Below are positions 50,602-61,048 of a stretch of 64,000 nucleotides of DNA, one piece after another. The stretch spans positions 346,635-410,634 of IMG/VR virus record IMGVR_UViG_3300031133_000383; one strand, given 5' to 3'. Each line of letters begins with the position of its first letter. Positions within the stretch are counted from its first letter, which is position 1. The notes below the pieces were generated by a model that was given only the letters and a program-made list of their open reading frames with translations, was not told the DNA's origin and did not search any database. This DNA comes from a virus (Duplodnaviria > Heunggongvirae > Uroviricota > Caudoviricetes). Both the position numbers and the translations under genes were made by a program.

Positions 50602-50668
50602 AAGTTAGTTGTATAACTATAACTCTAAAAAAAAAATAATCAACATATCAATCTATAATAAAACGATA

Positions 50669-51271
50669 TTATATAGTAAACGGCTTATTGACATTGCTAT
50701 GAGATTTTTCAGCAGCATCTCTTAGGTACTTTTGCTTTTTTTCGTACATTTCCAATAGTTTATCTGCATAACACTCTATCTCCGTATTTTTCATCAGCCT
50801 TGGAACAGTAGGTTCAACCCTTTCAATTTCTACTTTTTTTGGTTTTTCAATAATTACTTTTTCAACCTTGATTTTTTCAGGTTTTGGGGGTTTTGGAGGC
50901 TTTACAGGTTTAACCTTGGGTTCAGGCTTTGGACGATTCTTGATTTCTTCTAATTGGATAGCTCTTTTTTCAGCACGCTCTTTAAGGTATTCACCACTTC
51001 TATCAATCAACTCTTTTATGCCTTCATAGACAGGTCTATGAACGTTTGAAAGGGCTAATGCACCACTTGCAAACAATCCTACTGATGTAAATCCTGCTGT
51101 ACTGGTGTACGCTTGATCAACGTGGGCAACTGACATTGCTGCAGCACTTATACCTGCAACAATACCTACTTTCAGCATCAAAGCGATTTTAGAATTGATT
51201 TGTTCTGCCATTTCAGTATGATTATCAATCACTTCTTGTGGTATTTTATTCTTGAACAGTCTCATTATCAA
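50669..51271 (-). CDS. Membrane protein with Pro/Lys-rich linker
   Basis: Two hydrophobic segments; PKPEPKVKPVKPPKPPKP. Confidence 0.75.
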   Translation of the reverse strand: MIMRLFKNKIPQEVIDNHTEMAEQINSKIALMLKVGIVAGISAAAMSVAHVDQAYTSTAGFTSVGLFASGALALSNVHRPVYEGIKELIDRSGEYLKERAEKRAIQLEEIKNRPKPEPKVKPVKPPKPPKPEKIKVEKVIIEKPKKVEIERVEPTVPRLMKNTEIECYADKLLEMYEKKQKYLRDAAEKSHSNVNKPFTI

Positions 51272-51413
51272 TCATGTATATTTTCTTTTATTTTATCATA
51301 ACTATAATTATTCGCAAATATCATAATATCTTATTTGGTGCATTAATAATTTGGCAACTTGTTTTATAAAATTTTTTGAGTTATACTCCAGTAAATCAAT
51401 TTAGGACCATATT

Positions 51414-52370
51414 ATGCACAGTTTCCATAAACATCACTCTCATGACCAATCCTCACATGATGAAATCAATATTGCAAATCATGATCATTGTCCGCATGAG
51501 CATCTTGCACAAGTTCATCAACATAAAGTTCAAAGTCGAAAAAAGCTCAGTATCATCATGACCGTAACACTATTGTTTGCCATTGTTGAATTTGTAGGTG
51601 GCTGGTGGTCTGGATCTCTTGCTTTAATTTCTGATGCCTTCCACATGTTAACCGACTCATCGTCTCTTTTCATTGCTTTGCTTATGGCTATAATGGCTCA
51701 GAAACCTGCTGACAAACAGTATTCTTACGGCCATGGCCGATGGGAAGTTGTAGGAGCTTTATTTAATGGCTTGTTTATGATTTTTGTGATTGTTTTCTTG
51801 GTCTATGAAGGCATCAATAGAATCTTGAATCCACAGCCTGTTGAATCTGTTGCTATTATGGGCATTGCAGCAATTGGGTTGTTAGTCAACATATTTGCCG
51901 CTGTACTTTTACATGACTCCCATTCTTTAAATGCAAAAGGAGCCTTCATTCATGTCATGGGTGACTTACTGGGCAGTGTAGCTGCTTTGCTAGCAGGTGT
52001 TTTGATTTACTTTACAGGTATGACAGTATTTGATCCTATCATATCATTGATTGTTTCGGCTATTTTAGTTTTTCCAACTTATAATCTGCTTAAAAGTGTT
52101 CTTCATATCTTGTTGGAAGGTGTACCCGAACATATTGATTATATTGAAGTAGGCAAAGAAATCAATAAAGTCAAAGGAGTTGTTTCAATTCATGACTTAC
52201 ATATCTGGACAATGACATCAGAACATGTATCATTATCGGCTCACATTAAAATTAGAACAGTGGAAGAATGGAATACAATTCTGTCCTCTATTCAACTTGT
52301 GTTGACTGAAAAATATGATATTAATCACGTCACACTTCAACCCGAACTTATAGAACATCATCGCCCGTGA
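51414..52370 (+). CDS. Cation diffusion facilitator (ZitB/CzcD-like) Zn/Co/Cd transporter
   Basis: His-rich N-terminus, SLALISDAFHMLTD, HVMGD, HDLHIW, HVTLQPE. Confidence 0.92.
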   Translation: MHSFHKHHSHDQSSHDEINIANHDHCPHEHLAQVHQHKVQSRKKLSIIMTVTLLFAIVEFVGGWWSGSLALISDAFHMLTDSSSLFIALLMAIMAQKPADKQYSYGHGRWEVVGALFNGLFMIFVIVFLVYEGINRILNPQPVESVAIMGIAAIGLLVNIFAAVLLHDSHSLNAKGAFIHVMGDLLGSVAALLAGVLIYFTGMTVFDPIISLIVSAILVFPTYNLLKSVLHILLEGVPEHIDYIEVGKEINKVKGVVSIHDLHIWTMTSEHVSLSAHIKIRTVEEWNTILSSIQLVLTEKYDINHVTLQPELIEHHRP

Positions 52371-52520
52371 TGTTCTTTTTAACACATTCTTTTAAATATT
52401 ATCGACTCTAATGCGACATCTTGACCAATTAAGAAATAAAATTAACTTACTTGTTTTTGTTGATATTTTTTCTTTGTTTTGGTAGAATCAATTTAAATAA
52501 CTCACATAGGAAATTATACA

Positions 52521-52856
52521 ATGCCAATCGTAACCATCAATATTCAAGATACTAAAATTTCCAATATGGCTGAAAGCTGGTTTGGGGCTGTTGACAGTAT
52601 TCCTGATGATAAGCAATCTGATCGAATCCAAATTATTGAACACTCTACTCATTTATTCGATACTTTGCGTAATAATGCTGACATCAAAGCAAATGGATTG
52701 GTTTCAATTGTATTGACCAGTGATATGCTGTCAGCCGCTTCCACTGAATACTCTTTGTTTGTTCATTCCCTTCCAGCAGAAACAAAAAGCTTTTTTAATG
52801 ATCAATTTGAAGATTTCTGGCAAACATTGTGTAATCATATGGCTATTAAAAGCTGA
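52521..52856 (+). CDS. Hypothetical protein
   Basis: AGGA RBS. Confidence 0.75.
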   Translation: MPIVTINIQDTKISNMAESWFGAVDSIPDDKQSDRIQIIEHSTHLFDTLRNNADIKANGLVSIVLTSDMLSAASTEYSLFVHSLPAETKSFFNDQFEDFWQTLCNHMAIKS

Positions 52857-52896
52857 TGTTTATGTTTCAAGGTATATTGTTCTATAATAAAAACCG

Positions 52897-53352
52897 CTAG
52901 TCAGCGGTTTTTTGTTTTACTTTTTTTCTTTTTTGTTTTATATCATTTTTAATTTCTTGCTCTAGTTTACCTTTTCGGAAATTGCACACTGTACACATTG
53001 TTTGAGTATTTGATAGATTATCAGCACCACCAAGTGACCGAGCCAAAATATGATCATGTGTCATCAGAACTTCTTGACCGTTTTCATTGATTCCCCATAA
53101 ATTTAAATGATAAACTTTATCCCAACTGTGTTTTTCAAGAGCAAATAACGTGCCTTCAAGACCACATTCAGCACAATTTAAGCCTTTTAGAAGGAATGTT
53201 TTTAGGCGTAAAGAAGACAGCTTGACTTTATGGCCTTGAAAATCTACTCGTTTATCCACGTTGGGAACTTTCAAGTTTAAATCCATATGGGCTTGTATCG
53301 CTTCAACCACTAATTCCACTGTGAATGTAGTTAATCGATCATAAATTTTCAT
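52897..53352 (-). CDS. HNH endonuclease
   Basis: CAEC...THDHILARSLGGAD...N...CTVCN..K. Confidence 0.85.
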   Translation of the reverse strand: MKIYDRLTTFTVELVVEAIQAHMDLNLKVPNVDKRVDFQGHKVKLSSLRLKTFLLKGLNCAECGLEGTLFALEKHSWDKVYHLNLWGINENGQEVLMTHDHILARSLGGADNLSNTQTMCTVCNFRKGKLEQEIKNDIKQKRKKVKQKTAD

Positions 53353-53450
53353 GTTGTTTCTCCGTCTTAATCTAACAGTATATATTACGTTTTTCGTGAT
53401 TTCTAGTGGTCTATTAAAAAACTGCCTCACGGCAGCTTTTTTATTATTAC

Positions 53451-53792
53451 TTAATTATTTTTTGGTTTCCACCTAGGATTTATATTTTCAGCTTTTTGTT
53501 CTGTGATGGTTTTAGGGGCATAGGTTGCTTGTATAAATGCACCTATATGTGCAATTTCATAATTGGTTTTATTGCCGATTTTTTCCGAAATGATTTCATA
53601 TTCCTTTCCTCTGAACTCTACACGGCTTTCTACTACTGGGCTATTGACATCATATTTCAAACCGTCTATCTTTAAACCTCCCACTTCGATTTTTCCTGTT
53701 TGAAGATCCACCAAACATTCTTTCTGTATATTTTTTCCATCTGCATGAGTTTCAACAAATGATGCTTTTTTCTTGGTATCTGACTCTTTCAT
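53451..53792 (-). CDS. Hypothetical protein
   Basis: ORF track; basic C-terminus. Confidence 0.7.
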   Translation of the reverse strand: MKESDTKKKASFVETHADGKNIQKECLVDLQTGKIEVGGLKIDGLKYDVNSPVVESRVEFRGKEYEIISEKIGNKTNYEIAHIGAFIQATYAPKTITEQKAENINPRWKPKNN

Positions 53793-53894
53793 GATAATCG
53801 TGATGTTGTTTATATTATTGTATCATATTTAAAATAGTTCTCAAATTTTGTTGTATTTTGTCTTTGCTCTTGCTATAATCAAGTTTCATTTCTA

Positions 53895-54452
53895 TTGGAG
53901 ATTTTTATGTCTGACATGGCTGCTAGAATTAGTATTCTACTCACTTCCTACATTGTTTCATATTGTCATAATATTGAAAAAAAAGGGTTGTCAATTTCAT
54001 ATTATAATGAGGATGTACCTGAGTTTGTGACAGCATTCAATAATAACGATATCAGTGAAGCTTTGGAGTCCATTGCCAGTTTGATTTCCAGTAAATCATG
54101 GCATCCAGCAGAACATGAAAAAGAAATCAATTTTTTAAAATTTATTGAACAGCATATGGTCAAGTTATTGATTGAACTCAGTCATGAGCAACTGTTAGCC
54201 AAGACCAAAATCATTCAGGATTTTATAATGGATCATTCCATTAATAGAATTCTTAGTTGTCCCTTTTACGAAGGGCAGATTTCAAAAAATTATATGAATT
54301 CACTTCAAAAAGTTTCAGATTATGTTTTAACTTTGAAAACAAACTATCAGTCTGTCCTTGTTGATCTATTGAATGAATTAAAACAAGAAAGTAGTCAAAT
54401 ATATAGTTTGCAATTACAGGTAGACGGAGAAATCTATGAGCAACACGATTAA
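53895..54452 (+). CDS. Hypothetical protein (likely start 53907)
   Basis: GGAG RBS. Confidence 0.75.
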   Translation: MEIFMSDMAARISILLTSYIVSYCHNIEKKGLSISYYNEDVPEFVTAFNNNDISEALESIASLISSKSWHPAEHEKEINFLKFIEQHMVKLLIELSHEQLLAKTKIIQDFIMDHSINRILSCPFYEGQISKNYMNSLQKVSDYVLTLKTNYQSVLVDLLNELKQESSQIYSLQLQVDGEIYEQHD

Positions 54453-54867
54453 ATCAGAACATCTTCATTATTTTCGTGAAGCATTGTCTTTTGTTGAAGA
54501 ATTTGTCAAAAATACGCATACCGATATCTGTCTTTTTGGAAATTCGGACAGGATTGAATTAAGTCGTATGATTACAATCAATAACAAAACTCTGGTGTTT
54601 GGTCAATCTGTTTATAAAAAACTCTCTGAACATTTTGAAAGTCAGTTTTTAAATGACATTGATGTAGAGTATTTTTCAGAAGAAGAAATAAAATATTTTG
54701 ACTTTGCTTTTAATCTTCAAATCGAGTCATTATCTGCCAGTTATAAACGTTTAGCTGTTGTGACCAACAATCAAATGGTATTGTTTAATTTGAATGTTGA
54801 AATTGGGAGAGTCAAAATGGTTATGCAAGATTTAAAAGATATTATTAATATCCTGAATACCGTATAA
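54436..54867 (+). CDS. Hypothetical protein
   Basis: GGAG RBS. Confidence 0.75.
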   Translation: MSNTIKSEHLHYFREALSFVEEFVKNTHTDICLFGNSDRIELSRMITINNKTLVFGQSVYKKLSEHFESQFLNDIDVEYFSEEEIKYFDFAFNLQIESLSASYKRLAVVTNNQMVLFNLNVEIGRVKMVMQDLKDIINILNTV

Positions 54868-54913
54868 ACTAGACTTTTATCCCCGACCATGCTATACTAT
54901 TTTCATCAATTTA

Positions 54914-55483
54914 ATGTACATGAGTTCTCACATGCATTCGTCGAACAATATCGAAAAAAACAAACGCAAACTTAATAAACCCTTGGTCAGCCATGGGGTT
55001 TCACTGGTTCGTTGGGGTGGTTTGGGAATGGTTAAACAAAAAGGAAATTATGGCCATGACACCTTTCATTCTGCACCTGAACGTTATGGCCACTATGCGT
55101 TCCTTTTTCCTTTTATCGAACTCTTTTTGATTGGGTCCACTAAAACTGTGGAATTTTCAGCCGGGGTTCGTAAGGAATTTCATGCTACTGGTGGTCAGAT
55201 CTGGACTCATTTTAAGCCAGATGATCCTAAAGATATTCTAGCCATTCACAATGATTGGTATAAAGTAGATGTGTGTATTCTCAACAAATTGATTAAAAAA
55301 GTATTCGCACAGGATTCTGCATGTATTCAAACACGTTATTTCTTTGAGGATAAAGAAAACCGTATTCCATGGGATAAAAATAAGACTGAACGTGATTTGA
55401 AGGTTCGTCGTTTGAATCCTTATATTATGTGTTCGACTGATCACATGGAAGTTTTTGTCTGTCGGGACACCAAAATTTCTTAA
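54914..55483 (+). CDS. Hypothetical phage protein (RWGGL...FHSAPER.G.YAF)
   Basis: ORF track. Confidence 0.8.
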   Translation: MYMSSHMHSSNNIEKNKRKLNKPLVSHGVSLVRWGGLGMVKQKGNYGHDTFHSAPERYGHYAFLFPFIELFLIGSTKTVEFSAGVRKEFHATGGQIWTHFKPDDPKDILAIHNDWYKVDVCILNKLIKKVFAQDSACIQTRYFFEDKENRIPWDKNKTERDLKVRRLNPYIMCSTDHMEVFVCRDTKIS

Positions 55484-55560
55484 ATTTTGAATCTATTCTT
55501 GAATTGTTATGATTATTTTGCTATAATTGACTCAACCCAACAGAGAAACAGGAAAGAAAA

Positions 55561-55824
55561 ATGAATACCAATTTCCATATCTTTGAAATTCCACTACCAA
55601 CGATTGAAAAACCAGAACCTACAAAATTTCTGCGTGTTCGTATGAAATTTAAAGGTCAAGAAATTGTTGAAACTTCAAACTTTCAAAGTCTGAATGTTTT
55701 CAATTTCATTGCTGATGATGTGGATGTTTTGTTGTGGGAACACGTCCAAGATGATGGGGAAGTGTTAACAGAGGGTAATTCAGTAAACAGTATGAATCAG
55801 TATTTTGAAAATCTCCCAATTTGA
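55561..55824 (+). CDS. Hypothetical protein
   Basis: AGGA RBS, TGCTATAAT. Confidence 0.75.
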   Translation: MNTNFHIFEIPLPTIEKPEPTKFLRVRMKFKGQEIVETSNFQSLNVFNFIADDVDVLLWEHVQDDGEVLTEGNSVNSMNQYFENLPI

Positions 55825-55833
55825 GGTAACCGT

Positions 55834-56025
55834 ATGACTCCTGAAATGAAACGCCTTCATGGCCGACGCGAAGCTGATGACGATGGCTTTACCTATGTAG
55901 CTGGTAAACATAAGAATGGCCGCATCAAGCGTACTCGTAACAAAAATAACACCGCTCGTTGCATTCGCAGTGACAAACGCTCCGTTAAGGCAGCAGAAAC
56001 TAAACGCATGATGAATGAAAGCTGA
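55834..56025 (+). CDS. Small very basic protein
   Basis: GAGGT RBS; Arg/Lys-rich. Confidence 0.75.
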   Translation: MTPEMKRLHGRREADDDGFTYVAGKHKNGRIKRTRNKNNTARCIRSDKRSVKAAETKRMMNES

Positions 56026-56129
56026 TAGTTTTTGTAGAAAAGGGGTCCTTTGATGGGCCTTTTTTTGTTGTATAATTAAACTCAATTTGCTATAATAAGC
56101 CTCTATTCAGACAAACAGAGATATACACC

Positions 56130-56531
56130 ATGAACACACAAGAAAAGAATGCAATTTTCAATGATGATGATGTATACGATTTGATGGCTGAATTGAAGTC
56201 TGTTATTTGTATGATGGAGCCTTATTACAGTCAATGTGGTGGAGCCAACGAAGCGGAAGAGTTGTTGTCTCGTTTGGAAGCTAAGTTGCCTGTCACTGTT
56301 TCAAAAATGCATAATGCTCAATGCAAGATTTGTGGAAAAACATTTGAGCGTTCTAATTCGAAACGATTGTTGACGGATAGTCAACAAAATTCTTCTTTGA
56401 ATAATCATTTGGGTCACGTTCATGGCATCACTGACTTCAAAGAGCGTAACCGTAACAGTATTCGTGCTCATGTTCAAAACATTACCTATGCTAATAAAGC
56501 CGCTGCAGATGCGGCTAAAGAATCTGAATAG
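56130..56531 (+). CDS. C2H2-like zinc-finger protein
   Basis: CKICGKTF...HLGHVH. Confidence 0.7.
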   Translation: MNTQEKNAIFNDDDVYDLMAELKSVICMMEPYYSQCGGANEAEELLSRLEAKLPVTVSKMHNAQCKICGKTFERSNSKRLLTDSQQNSSLNNHLGHVHGITDFKERNRNSIRAHVQNITYANKAAADAAKESE

Positions 56532-56972
56532 TATTATTGATCAGTTAAAGAAACACGGATGTTTCTATATTTTTTATTATATATTCAGCCTCTAATTATC
56601 CTTTCAAAACAATATTTTCATTATTTTGCCATTTTTTTGGCATCTTTTAACTCTAAAAGACTATAAAGAAATTATTTTTTATATATTTTTATATCAATTC
56701 AAAACTTTATTCTACCGTTTTATTCCATTTTAGTCATTTTTTTGACTTTTTATTTGTAAAATATCCGTTATCATTACATGAAATATCAAGTCATATAGAT
56801 TATTTAAATATTGAATCAATTTGAAATAAAACAATCTTGGTTCATTTCTTATTCAAAGTCATAACTCTGCATTTAATTCTAATTCCAATTATAAATTTTT
56901 TTTTAAAATGAATGACTTGATAATTTTTATCTGAGTGTTATAGTATGCGTTAAAACATGAGGACAGGTATAT

Positions 56973-57842
56973 ATGAAAAAAGTATTAGCATTAAGTTTAG
57001 CATTGATAGGTGGCATGTCTTTAAACGCACAAGCAACAGAATCAGTGGACTTTTCAAAGCTTTCCGCACAAGATAAAGAAGCCATTGGACAAATTGCTAA
57101 AGAATACCTGATTGCTAATCCAGAAGTTTTGGTGGATGTTTCAAAAGCGTTACAAGCCAAAAATCAGGTTTCGCAAGAAGAACAAATAAGACAAGCTGCT
57201 AAAAAAGCAATTGAACAAAAAGATGCCGTTCTTAACGATAAAGATACACCTTTTATTGGACCTAAAGATGCTAAAATTGCTATTGTCGAATTCTTTGACT
57301 ATAATTGTGTTTACTGTTCTAAAGTGTCATCAGAATTAAAGGCCGTTATTAAGAATAATCCTGACATTAAATTTGTATTTAAAGATATGCCTATTTTTGC
57401 CTCTAGATTTCCAACTTCCAAATTAGCTGTTCAATTAGGTAATAAGGTTTATCAAGAAAAAGGAAGTATAGCTTATGTCAAATACCATGATGCAATCTAT
57501 GATACTAAACATTTTGAAGGTGAATTAACTGTAGCTGATGTTGAGAATGCCGCCAAACTTGTAGGTGTAGATCCTAAAATTGAACAAGATGCTTATCAAG
57601 AAAACATCACCAAAAATATGAAACTTGCCTCCGATCTAGCTATTCATGGAACACCAGCGTTCATCTTTATGCCAACCAGTGGTCAAACAGATGACAATAC
57701 TCTTGTTTTGATGCAGGCTATCAGTAAAGAACAAATGCAAGATATTATCAATCAGGTCAAAGAAAAGATCAATGTACCTGTTGCTGGTAATGCTGTTTCA
57801 TCCGAAGTCGAAAAGACAACTACAAAAGCAGTAAAAAAATAA
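56973..57842 (+). CDS. DsbA-family thiol-disulfide oxidoreductase (ScsC/Com1-like)
   Basis: Signal peptide, EYLIANPEVL, EFFDYNCVYC, HGTPAF. Confidence 0.9.
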   Translation: MKKVLALSLALIGGMSLNAQATESVDFSKLSAQDKEAIGQIAKEYLIANPEVLVDVSKALQAKNQVSQEEQIRQAAKKAIEQKDAVLNDKDTPFIGPKDAKIAIVEFFDYNCVYCSKVSSELKAVIKNNPDIKFVFKDMPIFASRFPTSKLAVQLGNKVYQEKGSIAYVKYHDAIYDTKHFEGELTVADVENAAKLVGVDPKIEQDAYQENITKNMKLASDLAIHGTPAFIFMPTSGQTDDNTLVLMQAISKEQMQDIINQVKEKINVPVAGNAVSSEVEKTTTKAVKK

Positions 57843-58031
57843 ATCATACGACTTCACTGATTTACTATCAAGATATCACCTTTTACAATGAGTTATAGCA
57901 TTGAAAAGGTGATTTGTTTTGAGTAGCTTGTGTCTTTTTTCGCAATACTCGTAAAACCATAAATTGTGATTCTTTTTGTCTTGTCTTAATTTTTTTTTAT
58001 GGTATAATAATATCAAAATTCGGAGAGCATC

Positions 58032-58415
58032 ATGTTCGCATCATTTAAAGACCTTTTTACCAAAAATAAACGTATATTGGCACTTGTTTTTCAAGATGGT
58101 ACAGTACATGTATTCACTAAACAAACTTTTGATTGGTCATCGCCAGTCGCATCGTTCGTGGATCATGATCTTTCTCTACTGGGTGTCGATGACAAAATGT
58201 CTGTTCAATCCATGGAAGTTGATATTTATGATGATGTGATTCATTATCCTCATCAAACACTGTATTCTATTCCTTATGATGCACAAAGGAAGCCAGAACG
58301 CACATCAATTTTGCCTGAATCCGTCTGGCTAGTTGTTTGGAACTATCTAGAAGGTGCCAAAGGGGAAATGACTCCACTGTCTCCCAACACTTTTAAGATG
58401 AAAGCTTCGGCTTGA
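58032..58415 (+). CDS. Hypothetical protein
   Basis: GGAG RBS. Confidence 0.75.
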   Translation: MFASFKDLFTKNKRILALVFQDGTVHVFTKQTFDWSSPVASFVDHDLSLLGVDDKMSVQSMEVDIYDDVIHYPHQTLYSIPYDAQRKPERTSILPESVWLVVWNYLEGAKGEMTPLSPNTFKMKASA

Positions 58416-58514
58416 TAGCTTTCATTGATATTGTGTTCTGTTGGTTAAGCTAAAAAAAATGATTACCTTCTTTCTATTTTTTGATATAATTCCCTTCTAA
58501 CGTAGGAGAATGCA

Positions 58515-59027
58515 ATGCCTAACAAATATATCTGCAATCAACGTCGTTTCTTGGTTTTTTCTAAAAGCCTTGTTCATCGTGAAATGGCTGTAAAGGTGCT
58601 GGGTCGCGATAAGTTGATTCATGGAGCAGGCTTTGTAAAACTAAGCGTCTTGGATGGTATCATTGCAGCAGATTGCTTTGGTAAAAGCGAATCATTGAAT
58701 AAAGGCGTTCATCGTCATGACAATTCAAATATTCTTAAATCCATTGGTGTTATTGAAAATGATTCCAGTGTTGAAGCAAAGTATGTTATCTGGCGTCATA
58801 AAGTGGTTGTATTCTCTCCCGAGATTGCTTTTGAAAATGTTATAAAAGGCTCATTTATGGGAGCGACCGATATTGATAGTGCAGGCACTGTTAGCCTAAC
58901 ATTGCGTGATGGCAAGATTGATGTAGTCTGTAAGCCAGCAGTAGAAACAGGTGTCGAAGTTGATCGCCTTGATGTTAGATCCATTTTTGATTTATTTCGA
59001 ATTCCATCAGAACAACAATTCTCTTGA
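58515..59027 (+). CDS. Hypothetical protein with two internal repeats
   Basis: KYI..R.LVFS...GAGFVKL / KYV..R.VVFS...SAGTVSL. Confidence 0.8.
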   Translation: MPNKYICNQRRFLVFSKSLVHREMAVKVLGRDKLIHGAGFVKLSVLDGIIAADCFGKSESLNKGVHRHDNSNILKSIGVIENDSSVEAKYVIWRHKVVVFSPEIAFENVIKGSFMGATDIDSAGTVSLTLRDGKIDVVCKPAVETGVEVDRLDVRSIFDLFRIPSEQQFS

Positions 59028-59054
59028 TTATATAACCAGAAGGAATTTACTATT

Positions 59055-59390
59055 ATGCTTGATTTAGATTTGTCTTTTGAACAACAACGCAATCGTTTTG
59101 AACGCCATCATAAATTGCAGTCGCCTGCATTTTCTGACTATACTCGAACCGAAACAGGCTATGCTGATCAGAACCTTGATTGTATTTTTAAAGGTTGGCA
59201 AATGGCTATGAAAGCTCAACCTTCTGATGAAGTTACGTTATATTTTAGTGTGACTTATGGTTGGCTTTTTGAATATATTGAAACAGGTAGTGGTGTTGAA
59301 TCTCCTGATTTTGAAGGTTGTGATGGTGAGGAACAAGCTATTAATTGGGCGAAAGAGCAAGGATTGATCATCGTCAAAATAGAAAATTAA
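59055..59390 (+). CDS. Hypothetical protein
   Basis: AAGGA RBS. Confidence 0.75.
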   Translation: MLDLDLSFEQQRNRFERHHKLQSPAFSDYTRTETGYADQNLDCIFKGWQMAMKAQPSDEVTLYFSVTYGWLFEYIETGSGVESPDFEGCDGEEQAINWAKEQGLIIVKIEN

Positions 59391-59533
59391 CAACTTGATA
59401 AAAAACCAGCATCTGTTGGTTTTTTTCTATCCTGTATTTAGTAAAATAACCGTATACAATTTTTAATATTTAAAACACACATATAGTTCTTTTCAGATTT
59501 TTTTTAAAAAATACGAAAATCATGAAAAAATGC

Positions 59534-59562
59534 TTGCCAAGGAAGATAGTTTTAGGTATTAT
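59534..59562 (+). promoter_or_regulatory. Sigma70-type promoter of minigene-repeat transcript
   Basis: TTGCCA-17-TATTAT. Confidence 0.7.
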
Positions 59563-59618
59563 AGACACATAAAGCGGCAAGCAAGAAACCTAATGAAAAC
59601 AATGATTTAAAGTAGATA

Positions 59619-59875
59619 AAGTGCCAGAGGTGAGCTACCAATGCAGTAATCGTCTAAAATTAGAGAACTTATTTATTATTGAATTTAGAAAAAACTTTAA
59701 CTCAAAAAACCTATTAAAAATTAAGTCTAGAGGTGGCTAAAAATGTAAAACTAATCCAATATTAGATGACTACTATTAGATAAGATTATGAATTTATTAA
59801 CCTTTAAATTAAAATCAATACAAGTGCTCGGAGGTGAGCCAGACATGCAGTAATTAACTAAAATATATAACTTTA
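59619..59875 (+). repeat. Three diverged 102-nt-period units, each AAGT..GAGGTG-N7-8-ATG(CAG)TAA
   Basis: ATGs at 59641, 59743, 59845. Confidence 0.8.
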
Positions 59876-59980
59876 GACTAATTAAACATAGATGAAAGAT
59901 GAGATAGAAAATCAAAACGGTGCGGTCTTACCAAATGACAATTTAACGTCTCCCACCTAATGATTGTCAAGTGTCAAAAG

Positions 59981-60010
59981 AAAGACCTAGCGATAGGTCT
60001 TTTTTTTATT
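59981..60010 (+). terminator. Intrinsic terminator
   Basis: AAAGACCTA-GCGA-TAGGTCTTTTTTTT. Confidence 0.85.
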
Positions 60011-60171
60011 TAAATTTCTACATTGAAATTTTCTTTCAGAATCAGAAAATGATTGTTATCCTATTGAATTTTTGGTATTATAATCATCTTGAAGCAGCCT
60101 TTACGTAAATCATCAACCACCAAAAGGAGACTTATTATGCTAAGGTTTTAAACTTAACAAGGTAAATTCAT

Positions 60172-60501
60172 ATGAGCAAAACAGTTAGACGCAAATCAGT
60201 AAACATCAGCTTCAAAAAAGGCTACCTCTTCGATATCAGCGATGTAGCTGTTAATGGACTGGTAGATTGCCGTTGGTGTCCTTCATTCAATGGCCTGTCA
60301 CTCAAAGAGGCTAATGCTAAAAAAATCAATTGGTTCCATTCCTGCAAAGGCCCAAGCGAACGCTACTGCCCCGGAAAAGGATACCGCCAAAAGTACAGGG
60401 CTAAGAGCAAACATCAACTCATCCGACAGTTGAAAGTGCTCGAAGACTACGAAGCCGTTCAAATCGACAAGGTTTGCTCGGATCATGAGTTCTGGTCATA
60501 A
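60172..60501 (+). CDS. Basic hypothetical protein (MSKTVRRK)
   Basis: AAGGT RBS. Confidence 0.75.
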   Translation: MSKTVRRKSVNISFKKGYLFDISDVAVNGLVDCRWCPSFNGLSLKEANAKKINWFHSCKGPSERYCPGKGYRQKYRAKSKHQLIRQLKVLEDYEAVQIDKVCSDHEFWS

Positions 60502-60571
60502 TTGGTAAATTAAGCTTGTTATGGATTAGTATATGGTCTATAATGAGCTTTCCTATTTTTAGAGGTGACTT

Positions 60572-61048
60572 ATGAAAGAAGAACAATTGTCCCAAAGTCC
60601 AGTTCCAACAGTTGGAACTAGCGTTATCTTTACAGGTCTCAATGGGTCTTTTGCTGATCGTCGCGTTATTAATGAACGTGAAGCTACTGCTGATGGCTCT
60701 CGTTTGACAGTGCGTAATGTTATTCCAACCATTAACAATGGTGTTGATCGTATTGATCTTGAATTTGAAGAAATTGAAGGTCAGCACAATTCAAACCTGT
60801 TTGTGGAGGCTGTTTATTGGTTTAAACATGTATTTCAGACTGAGCAAACGGTAGTTTTTACAGGTAAGGGGCCTTTTGCCTCTCAGATTGAGTCAGTAAA
60901 GGCACAGGGTGTAAAGCGTGGTGATGAATTAACCATTAAACGGGTTCGATCCAATAATGATTCTGTTTACCTTGAGTTCTATGAACTGGTTGACCTTCAT
61001 AATGGCTTGATGTTTTGTGATAAAAGTTTTTGGGCTAGACCTTGTTAA
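60572..61048 (+). CDS. Hypothetical protein with two internal repeats
   Basis: VIFTG...G.RLTV..V...LEFEE...HNS.LF duplicated; GAGGTG RBS. Confidence 0.8.
   Translation: MKEEQLSQSPVPTVGTSVIFTGLNGSFADRRVINEREATADGSRLTVRNVIPTINNGVDRIDLEFEEIEGQHNSNLFVEAVYWFKHVFQTEQTVVFTGKGPFASQIESVKAQGVKRGDELTIKRVRSNNDSVYLEFYELVDLHNGLMFCDKSFWARPC

Noticed and set aside
52897-53352. Intron-encoded homing endonuclease
   Set aside because: The HNH gene is free-standing; no interrupted gene or intron structure seen
59619-59875. CRISPR array
   Set aside because: Repeats too diverged, ~70-nt spacers are partly similar to each other, and no cas genes
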